Source: Eledone cirrhosa (Eukaryota). Taken from it: DNA of 64,000 nucleotides. Shown here piece by piece: positions 12,705-26,384 of this stretch; the stretch's first letter is position 1; the number at the start of each line of letters is the position of its first letter. The stretch spans positions 179,242,001-179,306,000 of the forward strand of contig OZ024743.1 in NCBI GenBank assembly GCA_964016885.1, given 5' to 3'. The notes under the pieces were generated by a model. It saw nothing but the letters and a program-made list of their open reading frames with translations, was not told where the DNA came from and did not search any database. The translations under genes were made by a program, and so were the position numbers.

Positions 12705-12813
12705 AATAAATGTAATCTGAGTTTTTCGAATGTTAATAATAATATTCGATTCGTTTGCAAGCCTCTCATTTTTAAAGCCATGTAATATTCGAAAAACTCA
12801 GATTACATTTATT
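12705..12813. repeat. 27-bp perfect inverted repeat with 55-bp spacer
   Basis: AATAAATGTAATCTGAGTTTTTCGAAT (12705-12731) / ATTCGAAAAACTCAGATTACATTTATT (12787-12813). Confidence 0.85.
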
Positions 12814-12845
12814 GTATTCAGCCATGTAGAGCGAAATCTTTTAAT

Positions 12846-12941
<96 letters not shown>

Positions 12942-13099
12942 CGAGAGAAAGAGTGAGAGAGAGGGAGAGAGAGGTAGAGAGTGAAGTGATAACAGGTGTT
13001 TGTATGTGCACCTTCAGATTAATTAATTTCAATATATTTCTATTTTTAAACATCTGCACAGTTTGCTTTTAGCAGTATATGTTTTATTGTCTATCTTCT

Positions 13100-13128
13100 C
13101 ATATTTTCTTTTCTTTCCTTTTTTTCAG
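13100..13128 (+). promoter_or_regulatory. Candidate splice acceptor for a 5'UTR exon of the mGluR gene
   Basis: Long polypyrimidine tract TTTTCTTTTCTTTCCTTTTTTTCAG|G, ~2 kb upstream of the ATG. No transcript evidence. Confidence 0.35.
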
Positions 13129-13360
13129 GAATTCTAAGCTGGCCAAACGACTCTGCAATCTGCAATGGTTTCTAGATGAACATTTCGGTGTTGGCAAAAG
13201 CGTAAGATCTCTGGTTAAATAAGGAAAAAATGAAATAAATATCAAAAACAAACGATACCAGCAATACAGGTTTCAATATTATCTAAAGTTGGATGATTAA
13301 TTAATATATATCTAGTGTCCAATTTCACTGTCCCACGTATACATATATACACACATACAT

Positions 13361-13425
<65 letters not shown>

Positions 13426-14082
13426 TTTATTTTCTGTCTAAAAAATAAAAAAAAGAATGTTGTTTGGAACTTTTCTGTCTACCGCTTATATATGATTTAA
13501 CTTTCTAAGCCTTCTTGAAGGCAAAAAGAGGAAAACAAAACGGTCACAGGAATTGTCACCCTAACATATACAAAGGTACATACACACAGATATATTCACA
13601 CATAGACACATATACATACATGTATGTCTATATATAAATGCTATTTATATAAAATCTATAGATTTAAATATACAAACATCTCATTTTGAATATCGCCTTG
13701 CATAATTTTGATCCACTTATGATCTGAATTTGAAACGATCATCCGGTTTTTCGTCCTGTCAAACTTCTATCCGTGTTTAGTCATCAGAAAAATCCTGCAT
13801 TTGCTGTCCCTCATATTACGCCTACTCATACAGACACAGAAACACACATATACACCTACATATACCATAACAAATAAAACATATACACACACATACACAT
13901 GTACATATACCAGAACAAATGAAACACACACACATCTACATGTACATATACCACACCAAATGGAACACAAATCTACATACACCAGAACAAATGAAACACA
14001 CACACACACATAAGCATATATTCACGAAAATGTAATCGACCATATAAACACATAAGCTCCCGACACGCACACACACACACAC

Positions 14083-14168
<86 letters not shown>

Positions 14169-14479
14169 TTATATATTTAGACATACATTCACGGAATAAA
14201 ATACACATACAAACACACGCACACAACAGACAATTGTACTTATTCGACGGACCACAAAAATATACACATTTGTGTTCATCCAACGAAACTCACATATACG
14301 CACTAAGACACCTACACATGCAACTGCATACCTACGTCAATATAATTCTACGGACAGTCTCAAACACATGCATGCATGCACACTACTGCACATACACATT
14401 CCACAATATCACACGCGAACGTGTGCGCGTGTGCCTGCCTCCCCCAAATGAATTGTTCAGGAAGAAGTTACCACTGGTA

Positions 14480-14800
14480 CTCACACCACTACCAGCATCC
14501 ACATCATCATTATCATCATCATCCTTATTATCTTTATCATCACGCTCATCACCATCATCATCATTACCATCAACGTTATCATCCCCAGTACCGTCATCAG
14601 TGTCTCCACCATCAACATCGTCATACCCGTCACATTTCTCGTCATCACGGCCACCACGGTCACCACCACTACCTCCGTCATTATTCCCATCCTCTTCAGA
14701 ATCATTGTCGACCTCATCCCCCAAATCATTGTAATCAACGCCATCATCTTCAACAGAAATATCTACAACAACAACAAATACAACTACAAATACAAGAACA
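14480..14800. repeat. Degenerate (CAT/CAC/CAA) trinucleotide region upstream of the mGluR ATG
   Basis: Directly visible; gives overlapping His-, Ser/Pro- and Asp-rich ORFs. Confidence 0.8.
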
Positions 14801-15128
14801 AGAATAGTCAAAAGAGTAGAAACAGTTGTATATTCAGAATGGTGATAACAGACAAAAATATATATTGACAGATATTAAGTCTTAAATGTCTCTCTTTCGC
14901 TCTCTATATCTCGCTATCTATCTATTTATCTATCTATCTATCTAGACAGCTAGCTAGCAAGCTCGCTATGGATACTTTTAGATAGATATAAACCGATATT
15001 ATGAGTAAACCAAATATGCCAGGACCTTAATGCGCCTATTTACATAACATTTATATATTGGCCTGTCACCTTTCTAAACGAAATAGAGCTGCAATATTGA
15101 TACACCTTGTTGACCGTTAGATCCAGCA

Positions 15129-15740
15129 ATGTTTGGTATGCGAAGCACAACAGCTGTGTGCACTATCGCTTCAGCGTCCAACTCACCACAATGCGCCTTT
15201 TGTGCATTTCCTTTCTACACGTTCTTCTACTACTGCTATTGCGGACTGCTTTTAGCAACTCTATCCACAGTGACGTTGGCCGATTTCGGCCACTCCCTGT
15301 CCCCTGTTCGTTACGCAGGGGCCAGGGTTAGTAATTATGCCGAAAAGAAAATTCGAATTGACGGCGATGTGGTGTTTGGTGGTCTATTCCCAATGCACGA
15401 AAAGGGACAAGATGGCAAAGCTTGCGGCAGTATCAAAAAAGAGAAAGGAATACAAAGAATGGAAGCCATGTTATTTGCCGTGGACAGAATTAACAAGGAC
15501 TATAACTTGTTACCTAACATTACTGTTGGTGTACACATTCTGGACACGTGCAGCTTTGACACATACGCGTTGGAACAATCGATGGATTTTATCCGCGCAA
15601 GGAACTTAAACACAATGGACTACACCTGTACTGACGGAAGCCCCCCGAAATATTCCCCAAAGACATCTGTCGTGGGGGTTATAGGGGCTGCCTCCAGCTT
15701 GGTTTCAATTATGGTAGCCAATATTCTCAGACTATTTAAG
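15129..15740 (+). CDS. Metabotropic glutamate receptor, group III-like (GRM4/7/8-like), first coding exon: signal peptide and N-terminal Venus flytrap domain, 204 codons
   Basis: Motifs [86 protein letters not shown]; hydrophobic leader [12 protein letters not shown]. Similarity stops exactly at a phase-0 AAG|GTAAGT donor. The start could be ATG 15129 or 15138. Confidence 0.95.
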
Positions 15741-15845
15741 GTAAGTGGGATAAGTTTAAATTATCTTTCATTTACAGACGTGTTAATTCATACATATGCA
15801 TATTGTATGTGTAAAATAAATCAAGCATATATTATCACTTTCTTT

Positions 15846-15925
<80 letters not shown>

Positions 15926-16170
15926 TGACTGAGAACACACTTCCATTTTCTGAGAATTGTTTCGTCTTTCCTCTTAGCAATCTCTATGTTTTTATTTATT
16001 TATTTTTTTCCTATTCTATTCTCTGAGAAAAGACTAGTGTTCGAAATAGGACACTTTTCCTAATCAAGAGTTAAACTAATATATTTATTCGTTGTACTGT
16101 GTTGTTGTATTTGTTGCTTCCGTTTAGTTTTGCATATATATATTCTCTTTGTTAACTTTACTAATGCTAT

Positions 16171-16251
<81 letters not shown>

Positions 16252-16544
16252 ATAAAAATTGACAAACACAGCGATACAAAAACAATTTGTGTCATTAGGT
16301 TCATTCTTTGAAGTAAAGAGAGAAGATAAATTCAACATATCGGACGTTAGCTATAACAAATAGATATAATTTATTGAACAACAACAAAAAACAAAGATTA
16401 CCAGGTAACTTATTTTCCGTTACCTCATCTTACAGTCCATTTTGCATTGTTTAGCCTTCTATAACTTTCAACGTTATATATACAATGCTTCAAGCAAACT
16501 ACATTTTATTACAAATAGATAAATTAGAAAATAAAATGTATAGA

Positions 16545-17650
16545 AAAAGGACATGCAAGTGTGAATGTGTTGTTTTCAATATGTTGTGTGTATCAGAGTA
16601 TATATTGTGGAATGGTCTATTCATTGTTCCTGATGGTGTATATATGACATTGTATATATGTCTGTGGTTTGTCTGTGTATGTATCAAATATAAAGGAAAT
16701 AATTAGTGACAAATATGTACCTGTTTATTATATACGACGTTATATACACATACGCACACATGTTTATATGTGTGTGTGTGTGTATGTGTGTGTAGGAATA
16801 AAGAAATTGCTAAAGTCAGAAATACTATAGAGATAGGTTATAAAATAGGGTGAATACTCTTAAATGACGGCAAAATAGTTCTATCTGGAAGATATGGAGT
16901 TCAATTCCTCATAGCAGCTGATAGAACTCTTTTGCTGCCATTTAAGAGTTTTCACCCTATTTTATAACCTATCTCCCGAAGTTGAGGGTTGTTCTATCGA
17001 CGGGGATTTTGATTGTTATAATTGTTTATTTTTAAAATTTGTACACGACTGTATGTAAAATCCCCGGCATGTGTCTTTGTATTGTCCCCTTTTCCTAGGC
17101 GTCCTTGTGGCAAATAAAGAAATATATGTATCTATTGGGGATTTCGATTGTTAAATTTCTTTGTTTTAATAATATTTTTACACGACTATATGTAAAATCC
17201 CCGGCATATGTCTTTGTATTGTCCCCTTTTCTTGTGCGCCGCTGTGGCAAATAAAGAAATATATCTATCTAGTATCTCTGCAATTTAGCAATTTCTTTAT
17301 ATTTATACATACACGCACACACACACACACACACGCGCACACACACACACACAAATATATATATATAAGTGTGTGTATGTGTGTGTATAACGGGTATATA
17401 ATGAACAGATACATATTTGTCACTAATAATTTCTTTTATATTTTATACATACACAGACATATATACAATGTTAATACAACCAGACATACATAGACACCAC
17501 GAAGAACATTATATAGACCATTCCACTAATATATACTCTGATATACACAACAAATTAAAAATCATCACACGCACACACTCGCATGTCCTTTTACTATTTA
17601 TTTTATAACCTATCTATATAGTATTTCTACACTTTAGCAATTTATTTAAA
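16545..17650. repeat. Nested, diverged inverted duplication
   Basis: Outer arms ~16545-16830 / ~17270-17595; inner arms 16830-16885 / 16920-16975; ~130-bp direct repeat 17002-17133 / 17138-17267; extra inverted copy ~17598-17650. Confidence 0.8.
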
Positions 17651-18039
17651 CTCACACACATCCATATATTAGTACGTGATTATCAATATGTTCATTATTA
17701 GATATCATTTCCATAGATAACAATTGATATCAGTAGTCATTTGATAAACTTGAACTGATAACTGATAACCGATAACCCTTGGATAGTGAAATCCATAAGA
17801 GTGCACGAGATATATCCAGCGTGTACTCCACATCTATGAATAATTTTATAGATTATTAATCTATAGACCTTTGATATTAATAATGTATTGTTGGAAAATG
17901 TTGAGAGTTAGCTTTAAATTTAGTATACACATATGCATCAATATAAAAATGTACTTATAATAAAGCATATATGGACCTGTAAATTCTGAGGGTATCATAG
18001 GAGCCCTGTATTGAGATAAAGACTTTCTAGAGTATTTTC

Positions 18040-18300
18040 AAATCTGGAGGTGCCCAGTTCTTCTCTAAACCCGAAAACAGCAGATTTCCTCCAGGGTAAA
18101 GAGTGCGAGAGGATGAAAGTGAGAAAGAGTTATAAAGAATGAATGAACCCAAATACTTGACTAGTATTCTTTTTTACTGACCTCGACTAGCTGAAATGCA
18201 AAGTTGACTACGGTAGGATTTGAACTCAGAGAACAGAGAACCGGAATGAATACCGTGAAACATTCTACCCAGCTTTCTATCCACACTGTCAATTGGGCGC
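18040..18300 (-). mobile_element. SINE family B, diverged
   Basis: Reverse complement of head/B-box (GGATTTGAACTCAGA) and family B tail. Confidence 0.65.
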
Positions 18301-18586
18301 CTTGACATTTTAATACACATCCGTAAAAATAAGAATGATATTCACACATTACGAAAACATTTAGTGAAATATTTTCATAGGGACAGCTGTTCTGTCACGT
18401 TGCACGTGAAAAATCAGAATGTTATATCCACTCATCCGAAAGGAAGTGCTGGGTATAGAGTTAGTTTCTCAACGATTACCACACCATACTTGAGAACACG
18501 TGTTTAATCTGAAAAGGATTTTCAAACCGAGTTGAAAATGCTTTTGAAATGCGTGAACAGTATGGACTGTTAATTGTTGGGAAATT

Positions 18587-18671
<85 letters not shown>

Positions 18672-18733
18672 CAGACAGACACACACACACATATATACAC
18701 ACACACATAAACACACACACACACACATACGCG

Positions 18734-18812
<79 letters not shown>

Positions 18813-19189
18813 GGCTGTATGCTTTTATGCATATATTCATAAACATTCAAAGATAAATCTATAAGATGTATGTGTATGCAGCCTTTCACATATCTGTTTT
18901 GTTCTCTAAGTAAACTTGAGAAATTCAACTGCTTGTTTAGTATTTATTTCTTTTATCTTTCTTATTTTAAACACTCAACTTTTAGAAATCAAATGTTGTA
19001 TTCAGATGTTGTTTGCTATGGAGAAATAGAGATATTTATTGCATCTCAGGACACAAAAATACATCTTATTATGTTGTCTTCGTCGAGTTAAAAAGAAAAC
19101 TTGTGCCAAAAATCTGTCAGGGGCTGGTGTTTAGTTTGCTTATTTTATTCTAATTTCAAGATCACCACCGCAATACTGATAACATGTAG

Positions 19190-19491
19190 AATCCATAACA
19201 TATATTCACACATATAGGCATTCTTACTGACACACAGACACACACAACCACACACATATATACTCACTTACAAACACACATACACACATATATACATATA
19301 CACTCACACACACACACATCACATACACACACACACACTTAAACACATATACGCACATACACACAGACAACCACACACCAAACATATATACTCACTTACA
19401 TACACATACACACATAGGTACATATACACTCACATACTTAAACACATACACTCAGACAATCACACACACATACACACACACACCCATACAC

Positions 19492-19522
<31 letters not shown>

Positions 19523-19590
19523 TACACTCACGCACATACACTCACACATACACATTTACTTACACACACACACACACACACACAAACAAA
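19190..19590. repeat. Degenerate (CA)n-rich tract
   Basis: Directly visible. Confidence 0.9.
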
Positions 19591-19870
19591 GATGTTAGCT
19601 ATAACACAACACCATAAAAACATAGACTGAAATAAATATTAAAATAAAATAAAGTTAAAAGAAATTTAAATACCTCTGAACCGTAATAACTTTAAATTGC
19701 TAGCTAGCATTGCCAAATATTTCATAAGAATATTTTTCAAGATGTCCAATTTTGCCATTCAAAACAATTACATGTGTGTGCGCGCCTGTGTGGTAATGTT
19801 TGTATGTGTGGAGATAGAATTGCGTGTTTCTTGATAAGCTTGGATGTTGTGATTATTCTATATTCGACAA

Positions 19871-20350
19871 AGGTATGTGATGGACAGAATTGGTGGAGCG
19901 TCGAGTAAAATGCTTTGTGGTATGTGTGCCGGCTATTTATGTTCTGAGTTCAAATCCCACCAAGGTGGTTATGTCTTTTATCTTTCCGGGGTCGTTAAAA
20001 TCAAATCACTTACTGGGGTCGACGTAATTAGCTTTCCCTTCACGACAAATCATTGTCCTTGGTCCAAAGTTAGAAGTCATTATTTTACATTGTGAGTTCA
20101 AATCCCGCTAAGGTTAACTTTGCCTTTCATCCTTACGGTGTCGATAAAATAAAGTACCAGTAATGCACTGGTTAATTGCGGTATTTTTCTGGCTCTTTAT
20201 ATTTTGTAAAACGTCCAGCTGTTGACATTCAAATGAAGCCGCGGTCAATTTTGCATTTCATCGATAAAAACGTGCCAGTAAAGAACTAGGCTCAAATTGT
20301 TCGGGTTTTCCCATCCCTCAAATACCTCGCCTTGAGCCTAAATTAGAAAT
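19871..20350 (+). mobile_element. Cluster of three partial SINE family A copies
   Basis: B-box/central-domain matches near 19945, 20093 and 20240. Confidence 0.7.
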
Positions 20351-21029
20351 AAATGTTTAGACTTTGTTAAAAAATATTATTTGGCGTTGGAAATGGAGAG
20401 TAATATGTTGAAACTTACGTGATAAATAATTACGTATATTTATACATTATATTCCATTTCAGCCGTTTTCAATTGTCTTATCAATTCTTACCATATATTA
20501 CTAGTAAATTAACGGCAGATATTACGTGCTAACCACATAGAAGTCGCTGAAGAGTTTTGATATCATTGAAATATTCTATCACATTCACTTACACAGCTTC
20601 ACGTTTTACGTTTACTTCCTTCCTGTGCTATGTCCATTTTGCTTTTCCTCCTTCTCTGTTTGATAATCCAACTGACAGACAAATAAAGTGAATCATTCAC
20701 CATATTCTATCGCTAAGGTGTATTTGGTGGTATCAACTCTATGGCAAACATTCAACGAGAAAACCAGGTTTAGGACGATTCTCTCTTTTCATACCATCAG
20801 TCACAGATTCCCTGGAGCTGGTAATGTGGGTTGCTTAAACTTTTCTATGTATGCTAATTACAAGAGAATGTTCATGAGTTGATGTTATCATTTATCTTAA
20901 TTTGGTGTGTGGGAGGGGTTAATGATTGTGACAATGTTACATGTTAGTTACACTCTGTGTTTTGTCTAACAGTTTTGGCATTAACATTAGAATGTCCAAA
21001 GATAATAGAAAGGAATTGAAAATCAGATC

Positions 21030-21800
21030 TACCCATAAAAATAACATACTTCAGAACATCTGTTGATTCAGTGATGTTGTATTAATCAGGTGTATGGACC
21101 ATGATACAAGCACTTGAGCCAGTGTTGTTGCATGGATCAGGTCCCTGAGACAAATACCGTATACCGTATGAGAAACTAGATGGTTTATACACTAAACTGA
21201 TTAGGGTTGTACAAAACAAGCTAGCATCAAAGGATCAAAAATAACAATTCATAAGGAAACCTCCCCAAGATAACAACAGCAGTTGCTTAAAGCCGGTTAC
21301 GATGTGCTGGATGTTGCTGGAGATGTAAGGAAGATGTTATACACACACACACACATACACACACGCACACAGCAATATGTTATACACACACACATACACA
21401 TACACAAACATACACACACACATACACATACACATACATACACACGCACAAATAAAATATAATATATTAGTCCCAAACTAAATTAACATGCCAATACAGA
21501 AAGAATACATTATATACATACTCTAAGTCAGTGTATTAGAAATGAAAGTTTATACGGATACTTGGAAGACAATAACCACAATTGCTCAAAGACAGTTACA
21601 ATTTGCATGTCATTGCTGGAGAAGTAAGTAGGAAGTTATACACATGTTAATATTAGGGGAACCAACTCAAAGGATACGCAGTAAAGGAAGGCCTGCTCGA
21701 ACCTTCATCAATCAACTCTCAGACGATACAAACCTCAGTATGGAACAGTTGCCAGGGGCTATGGAAAATCGCCTGCGGTCGCAATGATGATAAACAGTTT
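21030..21800 (+). pseudogene. RTE-like LINE 3' ORF remnants (two partly redundant fragments separated by a CA tract)
   Basis: Decayed frames read EKLDGLYTKLIRVVQN...LPKITTAVA*SRLRCAGCCWRCKE and IAQRQLQFACHCWRSK*EVIHMLILGEPTQRIRSKGRPARTFINQLSDDT, matching the RRL-FAGHC-R...WEP...RGRP pattern of RTE C-termini. Confidence 0.7.
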
Positions 21801-22454
21801 GCTTGAGATCAACTTGAATGGAGTGAGTTAAATATCTTGCTTCGTGATGATAGAGTGCAGTAACTGTCGCCAAGTACACAGCTGATGTTGTCAGTTAGTC
21901 AGGCAGTGAACTGACAGTGTTTTCCATTGAAAGAGTTGCAGCTGTAGAAAAATAAATTTATCATACGATACAAGGATTCGGTGTATTAAAAATATTTAAA
22001 TTAGCAAATCAACAACAACAACGACGACGATGAAGCTGACGACGAAGATGATAAGGTTGATGAATGATGATGATGATAATAATAAGAAGAATGGTTTCTT
22101 TATTGACAACGAAGTGTCGAGGAAAACGAAATCATTGAGGACAATACAGAACAATACACGTTCTGTATGTATGTTTGTGTGTGGGCGGTTGTTTACGTGT
22201 TGGTGTTTGTGTGTAGCATGGATGATATGATGTGAGAGTAAAAATAAACAACAAAAAGAGAACAATAAAATTAAACCAAAGAAAACCCGCTCATCCCAAG
22301 TAGAAAAACAGTACAAGAACACACGGTCCTCTAATCTACAGGGGCATATTCAGAAAAGGACCGTTCACTCGGAACATGCTCGCCACTCTCGATGAACAGG
22401 CTGGAAGTGGACATTTCTCTCCTCCTTGGTTTTCCTCTTCAAGTGAAATTTTTG

Positions 22455-22625
22455 AGTCCCGTAACACCCGAAGGATTTATTGGAGCGCCGTATTGATATA
22501 CTGCATTTCTAACACATTATTATACCTGGCGGAGCCCAACCCTCCCCAACGCTGAATACAGCAGATTTCTTCCATTGAAGAATAGAGAGAATAGTCGAAC
22601 GGAAATGAAAAAGAGATATAGTGGA
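22455..22625 (-). mobile_element. SINE family B tail fragment
   Basis: Nearly identical to 24380-24556. Confidence 0.8.
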
Positions 22626-23283
22626 ACAAGTAAATGAAGGGAAGTGCTTCTCTTCAACCCTATCAGTCGCGTTCACCATAGTCACCAAGTAGATAAAAAC
22701 TATTAGCCGCTGATAACATAGGGTTGAGAAAAGTTATAGGCTTGAAATTGTCATTATATCAGTCCTCTAAGGAAGGTCTTCTTGTGTGGTAGCAGCCCAC
22801 GTTATTTGGAATGTCCCCAGCATTTTGCAGGTTGCAGTAGACATCTTGTATGACAAACGTAAACAGATTTCTGATAAGTTACGTCATATTGCAAATATAA
22901 CAAGAGCACCATCAGCAAAGTAGAACGCAACATTTGAAAAGCAAAAATCCTTTATTCAATACGGACATAATTTAAACCAGAGACGAGGAACGTGCGGCCT
23001 TCTATGACATTTTGTGTATCTTTTTGAAAGAAACAAACATTTCCAACGAATTTTTAAATTTTATTGACATTTTTTTCTATCTCTAATTATTTTAATTTAA
23101 ACCACTTATTGCTGCGAAATTACATTCTCTTACCTAACCCAAATCAAGGCACCTTTGAGATCACAAAAGGCAGATGCCCATCTTGAGGTTCATTTGTAAC
23201 TTCAGACCTCCATGTTGCAGCCAAATATCAAAATGCTTCCAAGTCGTCACAACAAATTCATTAACAAGTAGTTCGCTTCAATT

Positions 23284-23355
23284 TACGGCGGTGCCCCAGC
23301 ATGGCCTCAGCCGGGTGGCTGGAACAGGTAAAAGAGTAAAAGAGTAAAAGAGTAA
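23284..23355 (+). mobile_element. 5'-truncated retroposon 3' tail with (GTAAAAGA)n
   Basis: GGCGGTGCCCCAGCATGGCC...GGAACAGGTAAAAGAGTAAAAGAGTAAAAGAGTAA: a GC-rich end followed by a short tandem tail, typical of SINE/LINE 3' ends. Confidence 0.55.
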
Positions 23356-23709
23356 TTAGATTTTTACAAAGTAATTTAGAACTTAAGAATATATAATAAT
23401 TGTTTCTACGTTAGGCACAAGGCCAGCAATTATCCAGTGTATATAATAATGATTTCTTGAACGCGGCCTTATTATATCCCAAGTAATTTAATGTGGCCGT
23501 TCAACGTGTAAAGGTTCCCCCACCTCTGCTTTAAGCCATATAAATTGTTAAACCTTATTCACAGTAAACTGTTTTTCTGTAATGACCTCCTATTCGAATT
23601 TCCCATATATTTCCTGCAACTAATATACATGCTTTTAACATATTAAACATCATAGTTAGTATTCCAAGTTTGCCATCTTTGCATGTCGTGTAAAATGACC
23701 TGCAGATTA

Positions 23710-23912
23710 GTTCTTTTTCTTTTTCCTTTTTCTTCTCCTTTTTTCTATTTTTCTTCTTTTTCTTTTTCTGTTTCTTTTTCTTTTTCTTTTCCATTTTTCC
23801 CTTTTCTGTTTTTTTCTTTTTATCTCCTTTTTTAGATTTTTACTTTTTTTTTCCCTTTTTTAGATTTTTTCTTTTTCCTTTTTCTTTTCTTTCTTTTTTT
23901 TCTTTTACTTCT
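23710..23912. repeat. Polypyrimidine (T/C) low-complexity tract
   Basis: Directly visible. Confidence 0.9.
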
Positions 23913-23949
23913 CATTGATGGGAAGCTGAAGTGTAGCATAATCATATAA

Positions 23950-24310
23950 TACACCTTCCAGTGAGTCCTGTCAGTAGCAACTGTCCCCAATTGATCCGCG
24001 AGACCAGTCGTGATCATGGATGTTATCCAAACATCTTGCACGGGGTGTACTCATTGATCACCTACCGGTTGGTTTTGCTCGTGAAATTTGTCCAGCCATT
24101 CTTCCTGAGACAATCACAAAGTCATAGCATCGGAGCTTTATCGGCTCTACCCGGAGCGACTCTCTGATCTCGAGCTAACACCGTATCGAATACATTTACT
24201 TCAAAAATACTTGGGAGGAACCCAATTGTGGCCGCTCGTATTCGTGATCGCATTTTTCTCTCAGCACATAGGATTCCTGATCAAAATTCAGGGTTAGCAC
24301 GAATAGGGAA
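23950..24310 (-). pseudogene. RTE (Rex3/Expander-like) LINE 3' remnant
   Basis: Minus strand reads MRSRIRAATIGFL...RAKPTGR...QLGTVATDRTHW; homologous to 41270-41525. Confidence 0.6.
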
Positions 24311-24379
24311 TATGAGTTAATGGCTATAATTTGGGTTAATAGAAGCTAACGAAACAATAACGATTATAACAATTTTGTT

Positions 24380-24715
24380 TGAGACCCGTAACACCCGAAG
24401 CATTTGTTGGGGCGCTGTATTGATATACAGCATTTCTAACACATTATTATACCTGGCGGAGCCCAACCCTCTCCAACTCTGAATACAGCAGATTTCTTCC
24501 ATTGAAGAATAGAGAGAATAGTGGAACGGAAATGAAAAAGAGATATAGTGGAACAATCGACCTCAGTACTAGACTGTTACTTTTTTTATCAACCTCGAAG
24601 AGGTGAAAGGCAAAGTTCACTTCGGTGGGATTTGAACTGAAAGATAAGATAGCCAAAACGAATACTGCAAATTATTCTCTCCAACGTTCTAACGACTCTG
24701 CAAAATGTCCGCCTT
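24380..24715 (-). mobile_element. SINE family B, full length
   Basis: Head, central domain and tail all present as reverse complement. Confidence 0.8.
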
Positions 24716-25071
24716 GTATAACATTTTAAGATGGCTAAATTGTATATTGTTTCTTTTATTACTTTTATAATAGTAAGTATAGATAGATATCATCCTTTGA
24801 ATTTTGATTCTAATTTACCGATATTGTAATAGTGAAGAATCAAAAGCTTCTAAGATGACTTAGACGTGGCGTTAATTAAAGAAACGCATCTGATGTACTT
24901 CTTTTGTTTCAGTTATGGTTGTTCCCTTGATAATTCTATTTACTAATTATGCAATGCGACATAGCATATATCATGTCTCATTTCTGTTCGAACAAAGATC
25001 TGTTGTTTTATAAATAAAAGGAAAGAAAACAAAAGATCGAATTTAAAACGCTGTAGTAAATATGGTGAAGA

Positions 25072-25375
25072 AGGCGAATTGGTAGAGTCGTTAGAACATC
25101 GGATAGAATGTTTTCTAACTTTTTTTGTCGTCTCACTGCTCACTGATTCCAAATCCCGCCGAGGTCAACTTTTCTTTTCGTCCATTCAATGTCGATAAAA
25201 ATGTACCAGTCAAGTACTGGGATTGATTCTTCTTCTATATTCCTTTCTCACATCCTTCTCTGGAAGAAGTCTGCTGTATTCAGAAATGGAAAGGAGATGA
25301 GGTCGTCAGAATTTTTAAATATGCCCTAGAAACGCAGTATATCAATATGACACCCCTACGACTCTCTTGGGAGTT
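25072..25375 (+). mobile_element. SINE family B
   Basis: GGCGAATTGGTAGAGTCGTTAGA head, CAAATCCCGCCGAGGTCAACTTT, family B tail. Confidence 0.75.
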
Positions 25376-26384
25376 AGGGGGGGGGGGGGGGGGTGAGAAA
25401 AGAAAAATATATGGTAATTGTGAATGGTTCAGTTGTGTTCAGCTCGGAGTCATGAGTTCGATTCCCGGTAGTGCGTTTTTCCCTTCTGTAAAGATTTTTT
25501 TTCACATTGCTCAACTTGTTCGAACAACTGTGAGACGCATCGTCGAAGCCGACGAATATCCGCCACAAAAGAGCGATATAATATTTGATAGCAATATTAC
25601 TAATAAAATATACGAGCCTATATAAATATAATATATCTCATCTGATCGACAATTGATGAGATATTTTATGTCATCCAACACACACACACACACACACATA
25701 CACACATATATATATATATATATATATGTTGTGTGTGTGTGTGTGTTTGTATAATAATAAGTCTGAACATAAGATTTACAGCGCATATATTAATGAATAT
25801 GCTTTTTAGGCATATAAAATATATTAAAATTATTTCAAACATTATCTGACAAGGTATACGTATGCGTGTGTCTGTGCATGTGCGTATATGTATGTGTGTA
25901 TCTGTGTATGTGCGTATGTATACATGAGTGTACCCCTGTATATGCGTATGTGTACACGAGTACGTGTCTGAGTTATTATTTTCACAGAACGTATATTAAT
26001 ATTTTTATTAAGTCATCTTATGTTTGCACTTCTTTGTAGCGCTTATTTATTTTACAGAGAAAAATACCTATAAAATCCGGCAATTATTTATTTAGCTCTG
26101 CTATTTCATATACATTAAAATACATAAATATATATAATATATATATTTCTGGAATGCTTATCATCAATATTTCTATTCTGAAAGAGTGTGAGGCTACTTC
26201 GTGGTATTCAGTTTCTTCTGCTGACTTAAATCCTATCATTAGCTAAACGAGGTTGTATTTGTTTCACTCTAGACTCACACGGATTTCGCTGTTTGTTAGT
26301 CTCTACATGTTCGTTTCATGTGTAAGATATTTGGAATATTTGGAATATTTTGTAAATCTCTACTGTATTATGTAATGCAATTGG

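Noticed and set aside
15741-15932. Continuation of the mGluR ORF to 15932
   Set aside because: Read-through into the intron past the GTAAGT donor; homology ends at LFK and the extension runs into microsatellite.
16884-16927. Possible hammerhead relic in the loop of the inner palindrome
   Set aside because: Needs an insertion in CUGA and GCAG in place of GAAA; unsupported.
18519-18560. CTGAAAA-stem-GAAATGCG hammerhead-like string near (TC)n(TA)n
   Set aside because: Core mismatch, extra bases before GAAA and no convincing stem I; too degenerate to call.
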